NCBI GenBank assembly: GCA_951406725.2
Contig: OX597839.1
Location: 35,402,001 to 35,466,000 of the forward strand
Source of the DNA: Octopus vulgaris
Lineage: Eukaryota
DNA length: 64,000 nt
Direction of reading: 5' to 3'
The notes under the pieces are model-generated. The model saw only the letters and a list, made by a program, of their open reading frames with translations. It was not told the DNA's origin and did not search any database. The position numbers were made by a program, and so were the translations under genes. The first letter of the stretch is position 1. Each line of letters begins with the position of its first letter. This document shows, one piece after another, positions 1-11,821 of this stretch.

Positions 1-688
1 CATACATATATATACATACATATATATATACATACATACATACATAACACATATATACATACATACATACATACACACATACATATATATCTCTGTGTGT
101 CCTCCCCACCATCGTTTGACAACTGGGAAGGGCATCCTGCTGTAGAACCCAAGCCAAAACAGGCAGTTGGAACCTGGAGAACCTGGTGTAACCCTCTGGC
201 TTCCCAGTTCCTGCCAAACTGGGGAACAGGTGTTCAATGCTGCTATTATACGAATCCATAAAAGACCACCACTTACCCTGTGTCGTATGTGCTTAAACGT
301 GGGGAACATACATACATATATACATACATACATATATACATACATACATATATATATACATACATACATATATATATATATACTGGAGTGTATATACATA
401 CACAGATATATACATACATACATACATACACATATATACATACATACATACATACACACATACATATATATCTCTGTGTGTCCTCCCCACCATCGTTTGA
501 CAACTGGGAAGGGCATCCTGCTGTAGAACCCAAGCCAAAACAGGCAGTTGGAACCTGGAGAACCTGGTGTAACCCTCTGGCTTCCCAGTTCCTGCCAAAC
601 TGGGGAACAGGTGTTCAATGCTGCTATTATACGAATCCATAAAAGACCACCACTTACCCTGTGTCGTATGTGCTTAAACGTGGGGAAC
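1..688. repeat. 381-bp tandem duplication containing the last ~30 nt of XRN1 exon 18, its donor and intronic sequence
   Basis: Matching sequence at a constant offset of 381 (91/472, 280/661); the second copy runs off the window edge. Confidence 0.93.
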
Positions 689-784
689 CCAGGGAAGTAG
701 ACGTTCTGCTTGTCGTTTGTGAGGAGGCTTTTCTTGAGTATATTCACTGGAGTGTGGAAGGCATCGAGTGGCACATATGTACAC
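658..784 (-). CDS. XRN1: XRN1 exon 18 ([42 protein letters not shown]); gene continues beyond the left edge
   Basis: TTCAG acceptor, GTAAGT donor, 127 nt; YF.GFPT.KHI.H motif typical of XRN1; cumulative CDS 2019 nt = 673 aa with no stop. Confidence 0.93.
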
Positions 785-2995
785 CTGAAAAGGTAAAAAC
801 GGACACGGTTCCAGTAAACTTCTGCAATACTGTGATCCCTGTATCAGGGAGTCCCTTAAATTACCAGTAACTCCAACCCTCCCACAATTCTCCTCTCCAA
901 CTAAAGATCCCCGACAATTCAAGACGAACCCCAAATCATTCACACAAACATCTGCACATTTATGCATTAGATTTACATGTTACAGGTGTGACTGTGCAGT
1001 TGAAAAGCTCGCTTCGTAACCATGTGGTCTTGGGTTCAATTCCACTACATGACCCCTTGGACTAGTATCTTCTACTATAGCCCCAGGCTGACCACTGCTT
1101 TATGAGTGAATATGGTAGACAGAAACTAAAAAAAACCCATCATATATTTAAATCTTGAATTTTATATATTTTGTATATTATCATCATCATCATTATTTAG
1201 CGTCCGCTTTCCATGCTAGCATGGGTTGGACTGGTCAACTGGGGTCTGTGAAGCTGGAAGGCTTCGTCAGGCCCAGTCAGATCTGGCAGTGTTTCTACGG
1301 TTGGATGCCCTTCCTAACGCCAACCACTCCGCGAGTGTAGTGGGTGTTTTTTACGTGCCACCTGCACTGGTGCCAGACAGAGCTGGCGAACGGCCACGAA
1401 CGGATGGTGCTTTTACGTGTCACCGGCACGGGGGCCAGGCGATGCTGGCAACGGACACGAACGGATGGTGCTTTTACGTGCCACCGACACGGGGCCAGAC
1501 AGAGCTGGCAAACGGCCACGAACGGACGGTGCTTTTACGTGTCACCGGCACGGGGGCCAGTCGAGGCTTTTTATTTCTATGTATTGGTTTATGTTTTTCA
1601 CTGTTTGATTTGCCTAATAGTGGTTTTATCTGTAATTTAATTTAATTTAATTTATATATAAACTAGTTGTGATCCCTGGGCCGGTGGCACATAAAAAGCA
1701 CCATCCGAATGTGGCCGATGCCAGTGCCGCCTTGACTGGCTTCTGTGCCGGTGGCACGTAAAAAGCACTCACTACACTCATGGAGTGGTTGGCGTTAGGA
1801 AGGGCATCCAGCTGTAGAAACACTGCCAGATCAGACTGGAGCCTGGTGCAGCCTTCTGGCTTCCCAGATCCCCGGTCGAACCGTCCAACCCATGCAAGCA
1901 TGGAGAACAGACGTTAAACGACAATGATGATGATGATGATATATATATATATTTATATATATATATATATATAAATTGAGGATATAATCATTAACATGAT
2001 TAAATGGCCATATCGGTAAAATACATTTTTAAGAACATAATTATAAAACTATAATCCTACAATCTACTCTAAATTTGTAATCTATTTATAAATAGAGAAC
2101 AAATTTAGAGTGGACTGTAGGTATTTGACATCTATTTCTAGCATTTAGGCGCTGGCATTCCAATGCCCTTAATTATAATTATATTTTTATAATTATGATG
2201 ATGATGATGAATTATGTACTTAAAGAATAAGGAGAAAATGGAGAGGTAATTAATAAAATTATTTATTAATTATAAAATATGACAACATCTGTGACAGTTG
2301 TTTCGATTCAGAAATCTTTAGATAAATAATTTATAAAATTAAAATCATTCTAAGATGAATCTCTTCAGGGGTAGTAAAGATATACCTATTTCTTTATTGC
2401 CCACAAGGGGCTAAACACAGAGTGGACAAACAAGGACAGACATAGGTATTAAGACAAACAAGGACAGACATAGGTATTAAGTCGATTACATAGACCCCAG
2501 TACTTAATTTATCGACCTCGGCGGAATTTGAACTCGGAACATAACGACAGACGAAATACTGCTAAGCATTTCGCCCGGCGTGCTAACGTTTCTGCCAGCT
2601 CACCACCTTAGTAAAGATATACCGATTAGAAATTCATGTTGACTTAACAGCTATAAAACCATTAATTATGGACTTTAAAATATCTCTTATATAAAATCCG
2701 TTCTGTCCGTCTGTGTGTCTTCTAAGATCTCAGGCATTGGAAAATAACAAACGAGTTATAATAACACAAGAAAAAAACAATGCAAAGAGGAACAAAAACA
2801 TAGGGAAAGTATGAAAAAAAAAAAATGGGGGAGAAAATTACAAAGCAACACTGGGAGAGTAACAAAAAAAGGGGGGAGAATAAGAAAAACAATAACAAAA
2901 ACACAGGAGAAATAACAAAAAACATGAAAAAAAATAATATAAAAACACATGGAAAAATAGCATAAAAACTGTGCCATTGTTTGAGAAATTAAACA

Positions 2996-3412
2996 AGGCG
3001 CAGGAGTGGCTGTGTGGTAAGTAGCTTGCTAACCAACCACATGGTTTCGGGTTCAGTCCCACTGTGTGGCACCTTGGGCAAGTGTCTTCTGCTATAGCCC
3101 CGGGCCGACCAATGCCTTGTGAGTGGTTTTGGTAGACGGAAACTGAAAGAAGCCCGTCGTATATATGTGTATATATATATATATGTGCATGTGTGTGTTT
3201 GTGTGTCTGTGTTTGTCCCCCTAGCATTGCTTGACAACCGATGGTGCTGTGTTTACGTCCCCGTCACTTAGCGGTTCGGCAAAAAGAGACCGATAGAATA
3301 AGTACTGGGCTTACAAAGAATAAGTCCCGGGGTTTATTTGCTCAACTAAAGGCGGTGCTCCAGCATGGCCGCAGTCAAATGACTGAAACAAGTAAAAGAG
3401 TAAAGAGTAAAG
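2996..3412 (+). mobile_element. SINE family A (tRNA-like head, CORE-like box, internal TA/TG microsatellite); other near-complete copies ~48325-48682(+), 50121-50532(+), 54681-55090(+), 36351-36727(-), 54029-54480(-), plus many fragments
   Basis: Recurrent GGCGCAGGAGTGGCTGTGTGGTAAG...GGTTCAGTCCC (A/B boxes), CACCTTGGGCAAGTGTCTT, tail GACTGAAACAAGTAAAAGAG. Confidence 0.88.
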
Positions 3413-3446
3413 ACTGAAAGAGATTGAGATAAGAAGAAGGACCCAC

Positions 3447-3613
3447 AATGCATGATTATAATGAACATCAGGAAGTTTTGATAACGTGGACGGATATTTC
3501 TCCAAACATTCCGAGCTGTACTGGTATAATTGATGGGGACTGTGTCTGTTACGAGCCTTTTCTGATGGGGAAAGTCTGTCTTCTGCAGTTGCCATGGCTT
3601 TCAAAAGTTCTGT
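3447..3613 (-). CDS. XRN1: XRN1 exon 17 (TELLKAMATAEDRLSPSEKARNRHSPHQLYQYSSECLEKYPSTLSKLPDVHYNHAL)
   Basis: CTTAG acceptor, GTGGGT donor, 167 nt; LL.AM....L...E..RN.H pattern; phase 2 fits exon 18. Confidence 0.9.
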
Positions 3614-4860
3614 CTAAGGAAAAAAAACACACAGAAAAAAAAGAGAGAGAAAAATTAATAAGAATGATAGCATAGATGATACAGAATGAATGTATTTTGC
3701 TGTTTTCCATCTATTTTACCATAGTCACAGGGTACATACTGCTTCAAAGTGAACTATATTCACTGTACTAGACCCCGGTCAAACCGTCCAACCCATGCTA
3801 GCACGGAAAACGGATGTTAAACGATGATGATGATGTGTTCATCATCACCATCATCATCTAACGTCTGCTTTCCATGGGTTGGACGATTTGACTGAGGACT
3901 GGTAAGCCAGAAGGCTGCACCAGGCCAGTCAGATCTGGCAGTGTTTCTACAGCTGGATGCCCTTCCTAACGCCAACCACTCTGTGAGTGTAGTGGGTGCT
4001 TTTTATGAGCCACCGACACAGGTGCCAGACGAGGCTGGCGAACAGCCACGCTTGGATGGTGCTTTTTACGTGCCACTGTCACAGAGGCCAGGCGAGGCTG
4101 GCACGGCCACGATCGGATGGTGTTTGTTATGTGCCACCAGCACGGAGGCCAGTCAATGCGGTGCTGGCTACGGCCACGTTCGGATGGTTCTCTTATGTGC
4201 CAGAGAACCAATTTGACAAAGCAGGGGGAAAGAAATATTTTCACGATGCAATGCGATTACTATTACACGGGGTTAAAGGCTCTCTGCTAACAGCTCAAAA
4301 TGAACTGCTTGCCCTCAAATGCTCACAGTTCTTTATTTTATAGCAATTTGTCAGAATTGTCAGAATCCTTCCACAACAGACAGCTTTAAGCAATTTGCTA
4401 TTAGTCTTTTAATACATTTGTTTCAACATCAAAACCTGGAACAGGAAGGACAGTATCATCATCATCATCATCATCATCTAACATCCGTTGTCCATGCTGG
4501 CATGGGTTGGACGGTTTGACCGGGCTGGCACGCTGGAAGGCTGCACCAGACTCCTGTCTGATTTGGCATGGTTTTCTATGGCTGGATGCCCTTCCTAATG
4601 CCAACCAGAGTGTTGTAATGGGTGCTTTTACATGCCCCCCGGCACAGGTGCCATTTGCATAACACCAAGGTACTTTTATAAACCACAGGCACGGGTGCCA
4701 ATCTGTGTGACTTATGACTAAACTGACTGACAATCACAGAGTAATGACTGGCAGGAAACGAACTCTGAGAGCCATTTAAAACCAGAGGACAATAAATCAT
4801 ATCAAATGGTTGTTGGTTTTCAGAATCCATTCCATGAAGCAGAGGAAGGTGAGCTATAAA

Positions 4861-5544
4861 AGAATTTGTATCTATTTTTTGGAAGAATTGGCATCTATTT
4901 TTTGGAAGAATCGGCATCTATTTTTTGGAAGAATTTGTATCTATTTTTTGGAAGAATTTGTATCTATTTTTTGGAAGAATTGGCATCTATTTTTTGGAAG
5001 AATCGGCATCTATTTTTTGGAAGAATTTGTATCTATTTTTTGGAAGAATTTGTATCTATTTTTTGGAAGAATTGGCATCTATTTTTTGGAAGAATTTGTA
5101 TCTATTTTTTGGAAGAATTTGTATCTATTTTTTGGAAGAATTTGTATCTATTTTTTGGAAGAATTGGCATCTATTTTTTGGAAGAATTTGTATCTATTTT
5201 TTGGAAGAATTGGCATCTATTTTTTGGAAGAATTTGTATCTATTTTTTGGAAGAATTGGCATCTATTTTTTGGAAGAATTTGTATCTATTTTTTGGAAGA
5301 ATTTGTATCTATTTTTTGGAAGAATTGGCATCTATTTTTTGGATCTATTTTTTGGATCTATTTTTTGGAAGAATTTGTATCTATTTTTTGGAAGAATTTG
5401 TATCTATTTTTTGGAAGAATTTGTATCTATTTTTTGGAAGAATTTGTATCTATTTTTTGGAAGAATTTGTATCTATTTTTTGGAAGAATTGGCATCTATT
5501 TTTTGGAAGAATTTGTATCTATTTTTTGGAAGAATTTGTATCTA
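4861..5544. repeat. 23-bp minisatellite, about 30 copies, in XRN1 intron 16
   Basis: Unit AGAATTTGTATCTATTTTTTGGA with variants AGAATTGGCATC and AGAATCGGCATC. Confidence 0.97.
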
Positions 5545-5627
5545 ACCTTGGTATTAGAACCAATGCAAGTTCCCGAATGGTGGGCTACAGTGTAATGCCA
5601 GAAATTATGCAAAATGCAACAACTTAC

Positions 5628-5747
5628 TTCATCAATGAACGGAATGAGAACAACGGCTTCCCATTCGTGCAGCTTTCCATTCAAATCCGTTTCAAAGTCC
5701 TCTGGGTAGTATTTCTGGATTGGTGAGCTTTGTTTGGTCATGAGTTC
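5628..5747 (-). CDS. XRN1: XRN1 exon 16 (ELMTKQSSPIQKYYPEDFETDLNGKLHEWEAVVLIPFIDE)
   Basis: (TC)n-CCCCCAAG acceptor, GTAAGT donor, 120 nt; DLNGK..WEAVVLIPFID motif. Confidence 0.97.
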
Positions 5748-5752
5748 CTTGG

Positions 5753-5786
<34 letters not shown>

Positions 5787-6947
5787 AATGAGAAACAATT
5801 ATCAAACAATCATAAAGTGTGGGAGGGAGGGAGAGCGACAGAGAGAGGGAAGGGAGATAGAGGAGAGGAGGAGGAGAATACAGATGGGAGGGGACACAGA
5901 GAAAGAGAGGGATTGAGAGAGGGAGGGGGAGTAGGAGAGAGAGAGACAAAGAGAAAGAGGGAAGGGGGAGAGGGGTAGGGTAGAGAGAGAGAGATAAGGG
6001 GGAGAGAGACAAAGAGAAAGAGGGAGAGAGAGGGAAGCCCATAATCCTTTCTACAAAAAGTACAAGACCTGAGATTTGGGGTGAGAGGAGCAATCAATTA
6101 TATCAACCCCCAGTGTTTCACTGGTACTAAAATTATCGACCCTGAAAAGATAAAAGGCAAAGTTGACCTCTCATCCTCTCAGGGTCGATAAATCAAGTCC
6201 CAGTGAAATGATGAGGGTTGATGTAATTGACTGGCCCTCTCCCCAAAATTCCAGCCCTTGTGCCTTCAACAATGATGAACCTTTCCACTAAAGGCACAAG
6301 GCCTGAAATTTGGGGGTGAGGCGAGTTGATTACATTGACCCCGGAGGTCAACTGGTACTTATTTTACTGGCAGAAACGTTAGCGGTGCCGGGCGAAATGC
6401 TTAGCGGTATTTCGTCTGCTGCTACATTCTGAGTTCAAATTCCGCCGAGGTCGACTTTGCCTTTCATCCTTTCGGGGTCGATAAATTAAGTACCAGTTAC
6501 GCACTGGGGTCGATGTAATCGACTTAATACCTATGTCTGTCCTTGTTTGTCCCCTCTGTGTTTAGCCCCCTTGTGGGTAATAAAGAAATAGGTACTTATT
6601 TTACAGACCCCAAAAGGATGACAGGAAAAGCCAACTTTAGCAGAATTTGAACTCGGAACGTGCAAACAGACTAAAAGCCACGAAGCATTTCGCACAGCAT
6701 GCTAACAATTCTGCCAGCTAATCCTTTCCGCTGGAAGCACAAGGCTTCAAATTTGAGGTAAGGGATTAAGTTGGTTACACTGACCCCTGCGTAACTGGTA
6801 CTTATTTAATCAACCCCCGCCGAAAAGGATGAAAGGCAAAGCCGACCTCAGCAGAATTTGAACTCAGAATGTAAAGACAAACAAAATACTGCTAAGCATT
6901 TCGCCTGGCATGCGAATGATTCTGCCAGCTCGCTACCTCAATAATAA

Positions 6948-7335
6948 TCTATATATATAAAGCTGAAGTTGTCTGTGTGTGTATGGCAGGTTTGGTAGCC
7001 TTCAACTAACACTATCTCCTCCGAGTCCCTGTGGCACAAGTTGACCAAATTTGAGAGTATGATAGAAAAGGCTTGTTCCGTAGAAGAAAAAATTAAAATC
7101 GGACCATGTTAACACCAAAAATTATCTACATCAAAAAGGTGCTTTTTTTTCTATGAAAATCCCTATTTTTTAACGATTTTTTTACTGCTGTGTTGCCGTT
7201 TTTTGGTTTATTTCAACCAGAAAAATGTTCACTTAAAGAGAATAACAAGCTACATAATGCATAATTTTTACTTTTCAGAAATTCCAATTCTGAAGGGTCA
7301 AAACAAACCCGAGCAACGCTGGGCTATACTGCTAG
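6948..7335 (+). mobile_element. Non-autonomous Helitron-like element
   Basis: 5' TC(TATATATATAAAA), 3' CTAG preceded by GC-rich hairpin CCCGAGCAACGCTGGG, inserted between A and T with no target-site duplication. Confidence 0.75.
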
Positions 7336-7422
7336 TAATAATAATAATCCTAAGGCACAAAACCTGAAAACAATAATAATAATAATAATAATAAATCATT
7401 TGAAAAAGGCAGAATTGATTAC

Positions 7423-7579
7423 CTGCAATGGAGGAGGTAGCAGCTCCTTACTGGCCGAAGGAAGGACAGCCATCAGTTGCTGGAAAGGTAAAAATGGTCT
7501 GCCCATGTCCAGTTTGATCTTTATATCTTTGATGTTCACTAGGTCACTCATGAATGGGGCATAGTGGTGAGGATAATAC
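7423..7579 (-). CDS. XRN1: XRN1 exon 15 (YYPHHYAPFMSDLVNIKDIKIKLDMGRPFLPFQQLMAVLPSASKELLPPPLQ)
   Basis: GACAG acceptor, GTAATC donor, 157 nt; YPxHYAP and PFxQLMAVLP motifs. Confidence 0.97.
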
Positions 7580-7756
7580 CTGTCAAAGGAGAAAGCACAA
7601 ATGCAAAAAGTGAAAGGAATTCACAGAAATTCAAAAAAAAAGAAAGAAAGAAACTGCAATACAGAAATGTAACTTTATATCTTCTCTCTCTCACTTCCTT
7701 CAGCCGTTTTCCTTCTTCACTTTACACACGAGCAGCAACATCTTGCTTTTCCATCT

Positions 7757-8331
7757 TATTTCTTTATTGCCCACAAGAGGGCTAAACATAGAGGGGACAA
7801 ACAAGGACAAACAAAAGGATTAAGTCGATTACATCGACCACAGTGCGCAACTGGTACTTAATTTATCGACCCCGAAAGGATGAAAGGCAAAGTCGACCTC
7901 GGCGGAATTTGAACTCAGAACGTAACGGCAGATTACTACCCACAAGGGGCTAAACACTGAGGGGACAAACAAGGACAGGCAAACGGATTAAGTCGACCCC
8001 AGTGCGTCACTGGTACTTATTTAATCGACCCCGAAACGATGAAAGGCAAAGTCGACCTCAGCAGAATTAGAACTCAGAACATAACAGACAAAATACCTAT
8101 TTCTATTTCTTTACTACCCACAAGGGGCTAAACACAAAGAAGACAAACAAGGACAGACAAACGGATTAAGTCGATAATATCAACCCCAGTGCATAACTGG
8201 TACTTAATTTATCGACCCTGAAAGGATGAAAGGTCAAGTCAACCTTGGCGGAATTTGAACTCAGAACGTAATGGCAGACAAAATACCGCTAAACATTTCG
8301 CCCGGTGTACTAACGTTTCTGCCTGCTCACC
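7757..8331 (-). mobile_element. SINE family B, three stacked copies; other copies ~2388-2610(-), 6368-6590(+), 11324-11730(-), 17160-17365(-), 22850-23075(+), 23382-23615(+), 32112-32383(+), 40665-40894(-), 44380-44610(-)
   Basis: Recurrent GCTGGCAGAAACGTTAGC...GAGTTCAAATTCC...GCCTTTCATCCTTTCGGGGTCGATAAATTAAGTACCAG...GCCCCTTGTGGG.AATAAAGAAATA; central box resembles the MetaSINE domain (from recall). Confidence 0.88.
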
Positions 8332-8488
8332 ATCTTACATCTATGTTTTTATTTTTTTTTTCCATCACCTACATTCTACTCGGCCTTGACGAAGAGAGAA
8401 CATCTGCTTACAGTGCAGAGAGGTCAATGCTGGATATCTTGCAAAGAGATCGTGTGAAGAACATCCAGAATAACTTTCGAGTAATTGT

Positions 8489-8718
8489 TTAACCCTTTAG
8501 CATTTAAACCAGCCATATCCGGCCAAAAGTATTCTGCCTGTTTTATGTTCAAACTGGCCAGATCTGGTCTCTCACACCAACCCTACAATATCGTTTGAAA
8601 AATTAACAGCTACCCCATCAAAATCTCATAGCTACAAAGATAATGCATGATTAATTCAAAACAATGTGGATAAAAAGGGATTAATTTTGGCAGAATAATG
8701 CGAACACTAAAGGGTTAA
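8489..8718. mobile_element. TTAA-flanked (piggyBac-like) MITE; copies ~22029-22254 and 40247-40471, fragments ~35420-35618 and 19440
   Basis: TTAA-CCCTTTAG ... CTAAAGGG-TTAA ends with a shared internal sequence. Confidence 0.75.
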
Positions 8719-9076
8719 AGCAACAACTTGAAAATGTCTGATTTTGATTGGAAGACTAAGATTCACCTACTGTCCAAATGGCATCTCTCCCAGTTTCACT
8801 GAATAAAATTTCACATGCAGGAAATTATAGGCACGGGAGTGGCTGTGTGGTAAGTAGCTTGCTTACCAACCAATGTGTATGTGTGTGTGTGTATTTGTTC
8901 CCCCCACCACCACTACTTAACAGCCAGTGATAGTGTGTTTACATCCCCGTAACACAGCAGGTCAGCAAAAGAGACCGATAGAATAAGTACCAGGCTTTAA
9001 AAGAAAAAATGTCCTGGGGTCGGTACATTTATTTGAATATAGAAAAAAAAATCTAATGCAAAAAAGGCAAACTCAC

Positions 9077-9166
9077 CAGCTCCATGATTGGCAACCGTCA
9101 AAATAGTAATAGAGGTTCCACTGCAGCGCCGAGATATAGATGTAAGCTTGCTCTTTGAGGACTTCA
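9077..9166 (-). CDS. XRN1: XRN1 exon 14 (EVLKEQAYIYISALQWNLYYYFDGCQSWSW)
   Basis: CTTAG acceptor, GTGAGT donor, 90 nt; QW.L.YY..G..SW.W motif. Confidence 0.96.
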
Positions 9167-10195
9167 CTAAGAAACAGAACCAAAAATAAATAAATAAAAT
9201 GAAAAATTTTGTAATTTTTGCCACAAATTACTTGGGAATCACATAAAATGTGATCACTAGAAAAGTGGAAAACTTGTGAAAAGCCAATTTATATTTCCAC
9301 AAGATTCGAGGTGAACTGCTGTTCCTTTCCACAGCTTTCTTCCATGATGTGGGATTCACTTAGAAGGGAAACGGTGTCAGTGCTTAGGATTAGGGGCTCA
9401 TTCAATAACAGAAACAACAAATCAGAAACCACCTATTACACAGTTTATTGATCATCTAATTAACGCTTGTTCGTTAGCTTTCAAATTTTCCGCTTTTCTG
9501 ACCACCACCCTGTAGATTGTTTTTTGTTTTATAGTTGAGACACCCAGGGACGTTTACAACCATTACTCCGTTGCTGTGTTTACACAAACATACTTGAAGA
9601 ATAAAATATGAAAAGAAACTCAATAGGCCTGGCTGTGCGGTTAAGAAGCCCGCTTTGCAGCCATGTAGTCTGGGGTTTGGGTTCAGTCCCAGCTCCCATT
9701 GTGTGGCACCTTGGGCAAGTGTCTTTTACTATAGCCCCTGGCTGACCAATGCCTCGTGAGTAGATTTGGTAAACAGAAACTGTGTGGAATCCCATTGGGT
9801 GTAATTATATATATATCAGGCGTGTCTGTGTGGTAAGAAGCTTGCTTCCAACCACAGGGTTCCGGGTTCAGTCCCACTGCATGGTACCTTGGGCAAGTGT
9901 CTTCTACTGTAGCCTTAGGCCAACCAAAGCCTTGTGATTTGATTTGGTAAACAGAAACTGAGAGAAGCCCATTGTATGTATGTATGTGCATATATATGTG
10001 TATGTGTGTGTGGGGAGGCTATATATGTGTGATTGTCCCCCATCACTGCTTGACAACCGGAGTTGGTGTGTTTATGTCCCCATAACTTTGCAGTGCTCCA
10101 GCATGGTCACAGTCAAATGACTGAAACAAGTAAACATTAAAAGATATATACACACATTGCGCCTCCATATATATATATATATATATATAAATGTA

Positions 10196-10232
<37 letters not shown>

Positions 10233-10272
10233 CCATAGAAACAGATGAGGTCCAGAAATTCTCGGTTCTTAC

Positions 10273-10366
10273 TCTGTGACTTCTTCGTATTGCAATTTGG
10301 ATTTGTAATAGTCTTTCTTGTATTCCCAGAAACTTTCCTCTTCTGATTGATCACAGTTGGTCACAG
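10273..10366 (-). CDS. XRN1: XRN1 exon 13 (AVTNCDQSEEESFWEYKKDYYKSKLQYEEVTD)
   Basis: TCCAG acceptor, GTAAGA donor, 94 nt; F..YK..YY..K motif. Confidence 0.92.
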
Positions 10367-11177
10367 CTGGAGAAAAACAGAAATGGAGAAAGAAGAGCAA
10401 AAGATAAGAGAACCAAATAAAATAATGCTCTATCGTCAGTGACAATACATGATGTGTGTGGGTGTGTGTGTGACAATATATCAAGGTGCCAAATAAAACC
10501 GTATAGCAATAAGGAACGTAACAAGAATTGGTTGTCTTTTTACAACAGTTAGCACAATAATGAGTGTAATGGGTGCTTTTACATGTCACCGTCACGGGTG
10601 CCATTTGTGCGACACTGGGGTTTGTTTCCATGCCAACAGCACGGGAGCCAATTTGCGTGACACTGGTATCTGTGGAGTCATGCAAATTGGCACCCATGTT
10701 AAGTGCAGGCATGGCAGTGTGGTAAGAAGCTTACTTCCCAACCACATGGTTCCAGGTTCAGTGCCACTGCGTGAAATCTTGGGCAAGTGTCTTCTACTAT
10801 AGCCTCAGGCCGACCAAAGCCTTGTGAGTGGATTTGGTAGACGGAAACTGAAAGAAGCCCGTCGTATATACATAAAAACCAAGGCAAATTAGACTGTAAC
10901 CTGGTGCAGATCTCCAGCTCCCATCAAACTATCCAACCCATGATAGCATGAAAAATGGATGTTTGATCATGATGACGACGACAATGATGATAGTCTTATC
11001 TTTTCAATAATGGACGTGGGAAGAGAAGAGATTCCTTAATATTTTTCAAAGTTCTGATGGCGGAGACAGACTGGTATCTGAAAACCCCTGGATTAAAATG
11101 CTAAAATACCCTCCTCGTGGAACAATTATAATGGATCCAATCCCAGAACCAAAACCGGTGCCGATTCCACTTCTTAC

Positions 11178-11265
11178 CTTCTGAAACTTTGGATTCAGCA
11201 TAATTATCCTCCAGGCATTCGCCATCGTATTCATTGTCATTCATCAGAAATTCTTCAAGCTCTCG
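11178..11265 (-). CDS. XRN1: XRN1 exon 12 (RELEEFLMNDNEYDGECLEDNYAESKVSE), acidic linker
   Basis: TGCAG acceptor, GTAAGA donor, 88 nt; phase 0/1 is what is needed to join exons 11 and 13. Confidence 0.83.
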
Positions 11266-11821
11266 CTGCAGATAAAATAGAAAGAAGTAGTAAATGATGA
11301 TGATGACAGGCATTCAAATTCTTGTTTCTTTATTGCCCTCATGGGGCTAAACATAGAGGGGAAAAACAAGGACAGAAAAAGGGATTAAGTTGATTACATC
11401 GACCCCAGTGCATAACTGGTACTTTACTTATCAAAGGATGAAAGGCAAAGTCAACCTCAGTGGAATTTGAACTCAGAATGCAAACACAGCCGAAATACCT
11501 ATTTCTTTACTACCCACAAGGGGCTAAAACACAGAGAGGATGAACAAGGACAGACAAACGGATTAAGTCGATTACATCAACCCCAGTACGTAATTGGTAC
11601 TTTATTTATCGATCCTGAAAGGATGAAAGGCAAAGTCGACCTCGGCGGAATTTGAACTCAGAACGTAACAGCAGACAAAATACCGCTAAGTATTTCGCCT
11701 GGCATGCTAACAACACTGCCAGCTTGTTGCCTTCACAAACAATTAATAATAATAATAATAATAAATATGGAAATACTGAATACAAAAAAGTGGATGTTTC
11801 TCTAAAACAAACAAAACTTAC

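Noticed and set aside
277-307. Duplicated [10 protein letters not shown] as an independent or mutually exclusive exon
   Set aside because: No AG acceptor or pyrimidine tract precedes it, only (TATG)n; it could act only as an alternative donor.
1155-1901. Recurrent ORFs with [30 protein letters not shown] or FQSFDCGHAGAPP
   Set aside because: Chance frames through SINE families A and C, found in both orientations and at many loci; not genes.
4810-5726. Long ORFs of 206-286 aa (FFGRICIYFLEEFVSIFWKN repeats)
   Set aside because: They are translations of the stop-free 23-bp minisatellite in all three frames, antisense to an XRN1 intron.
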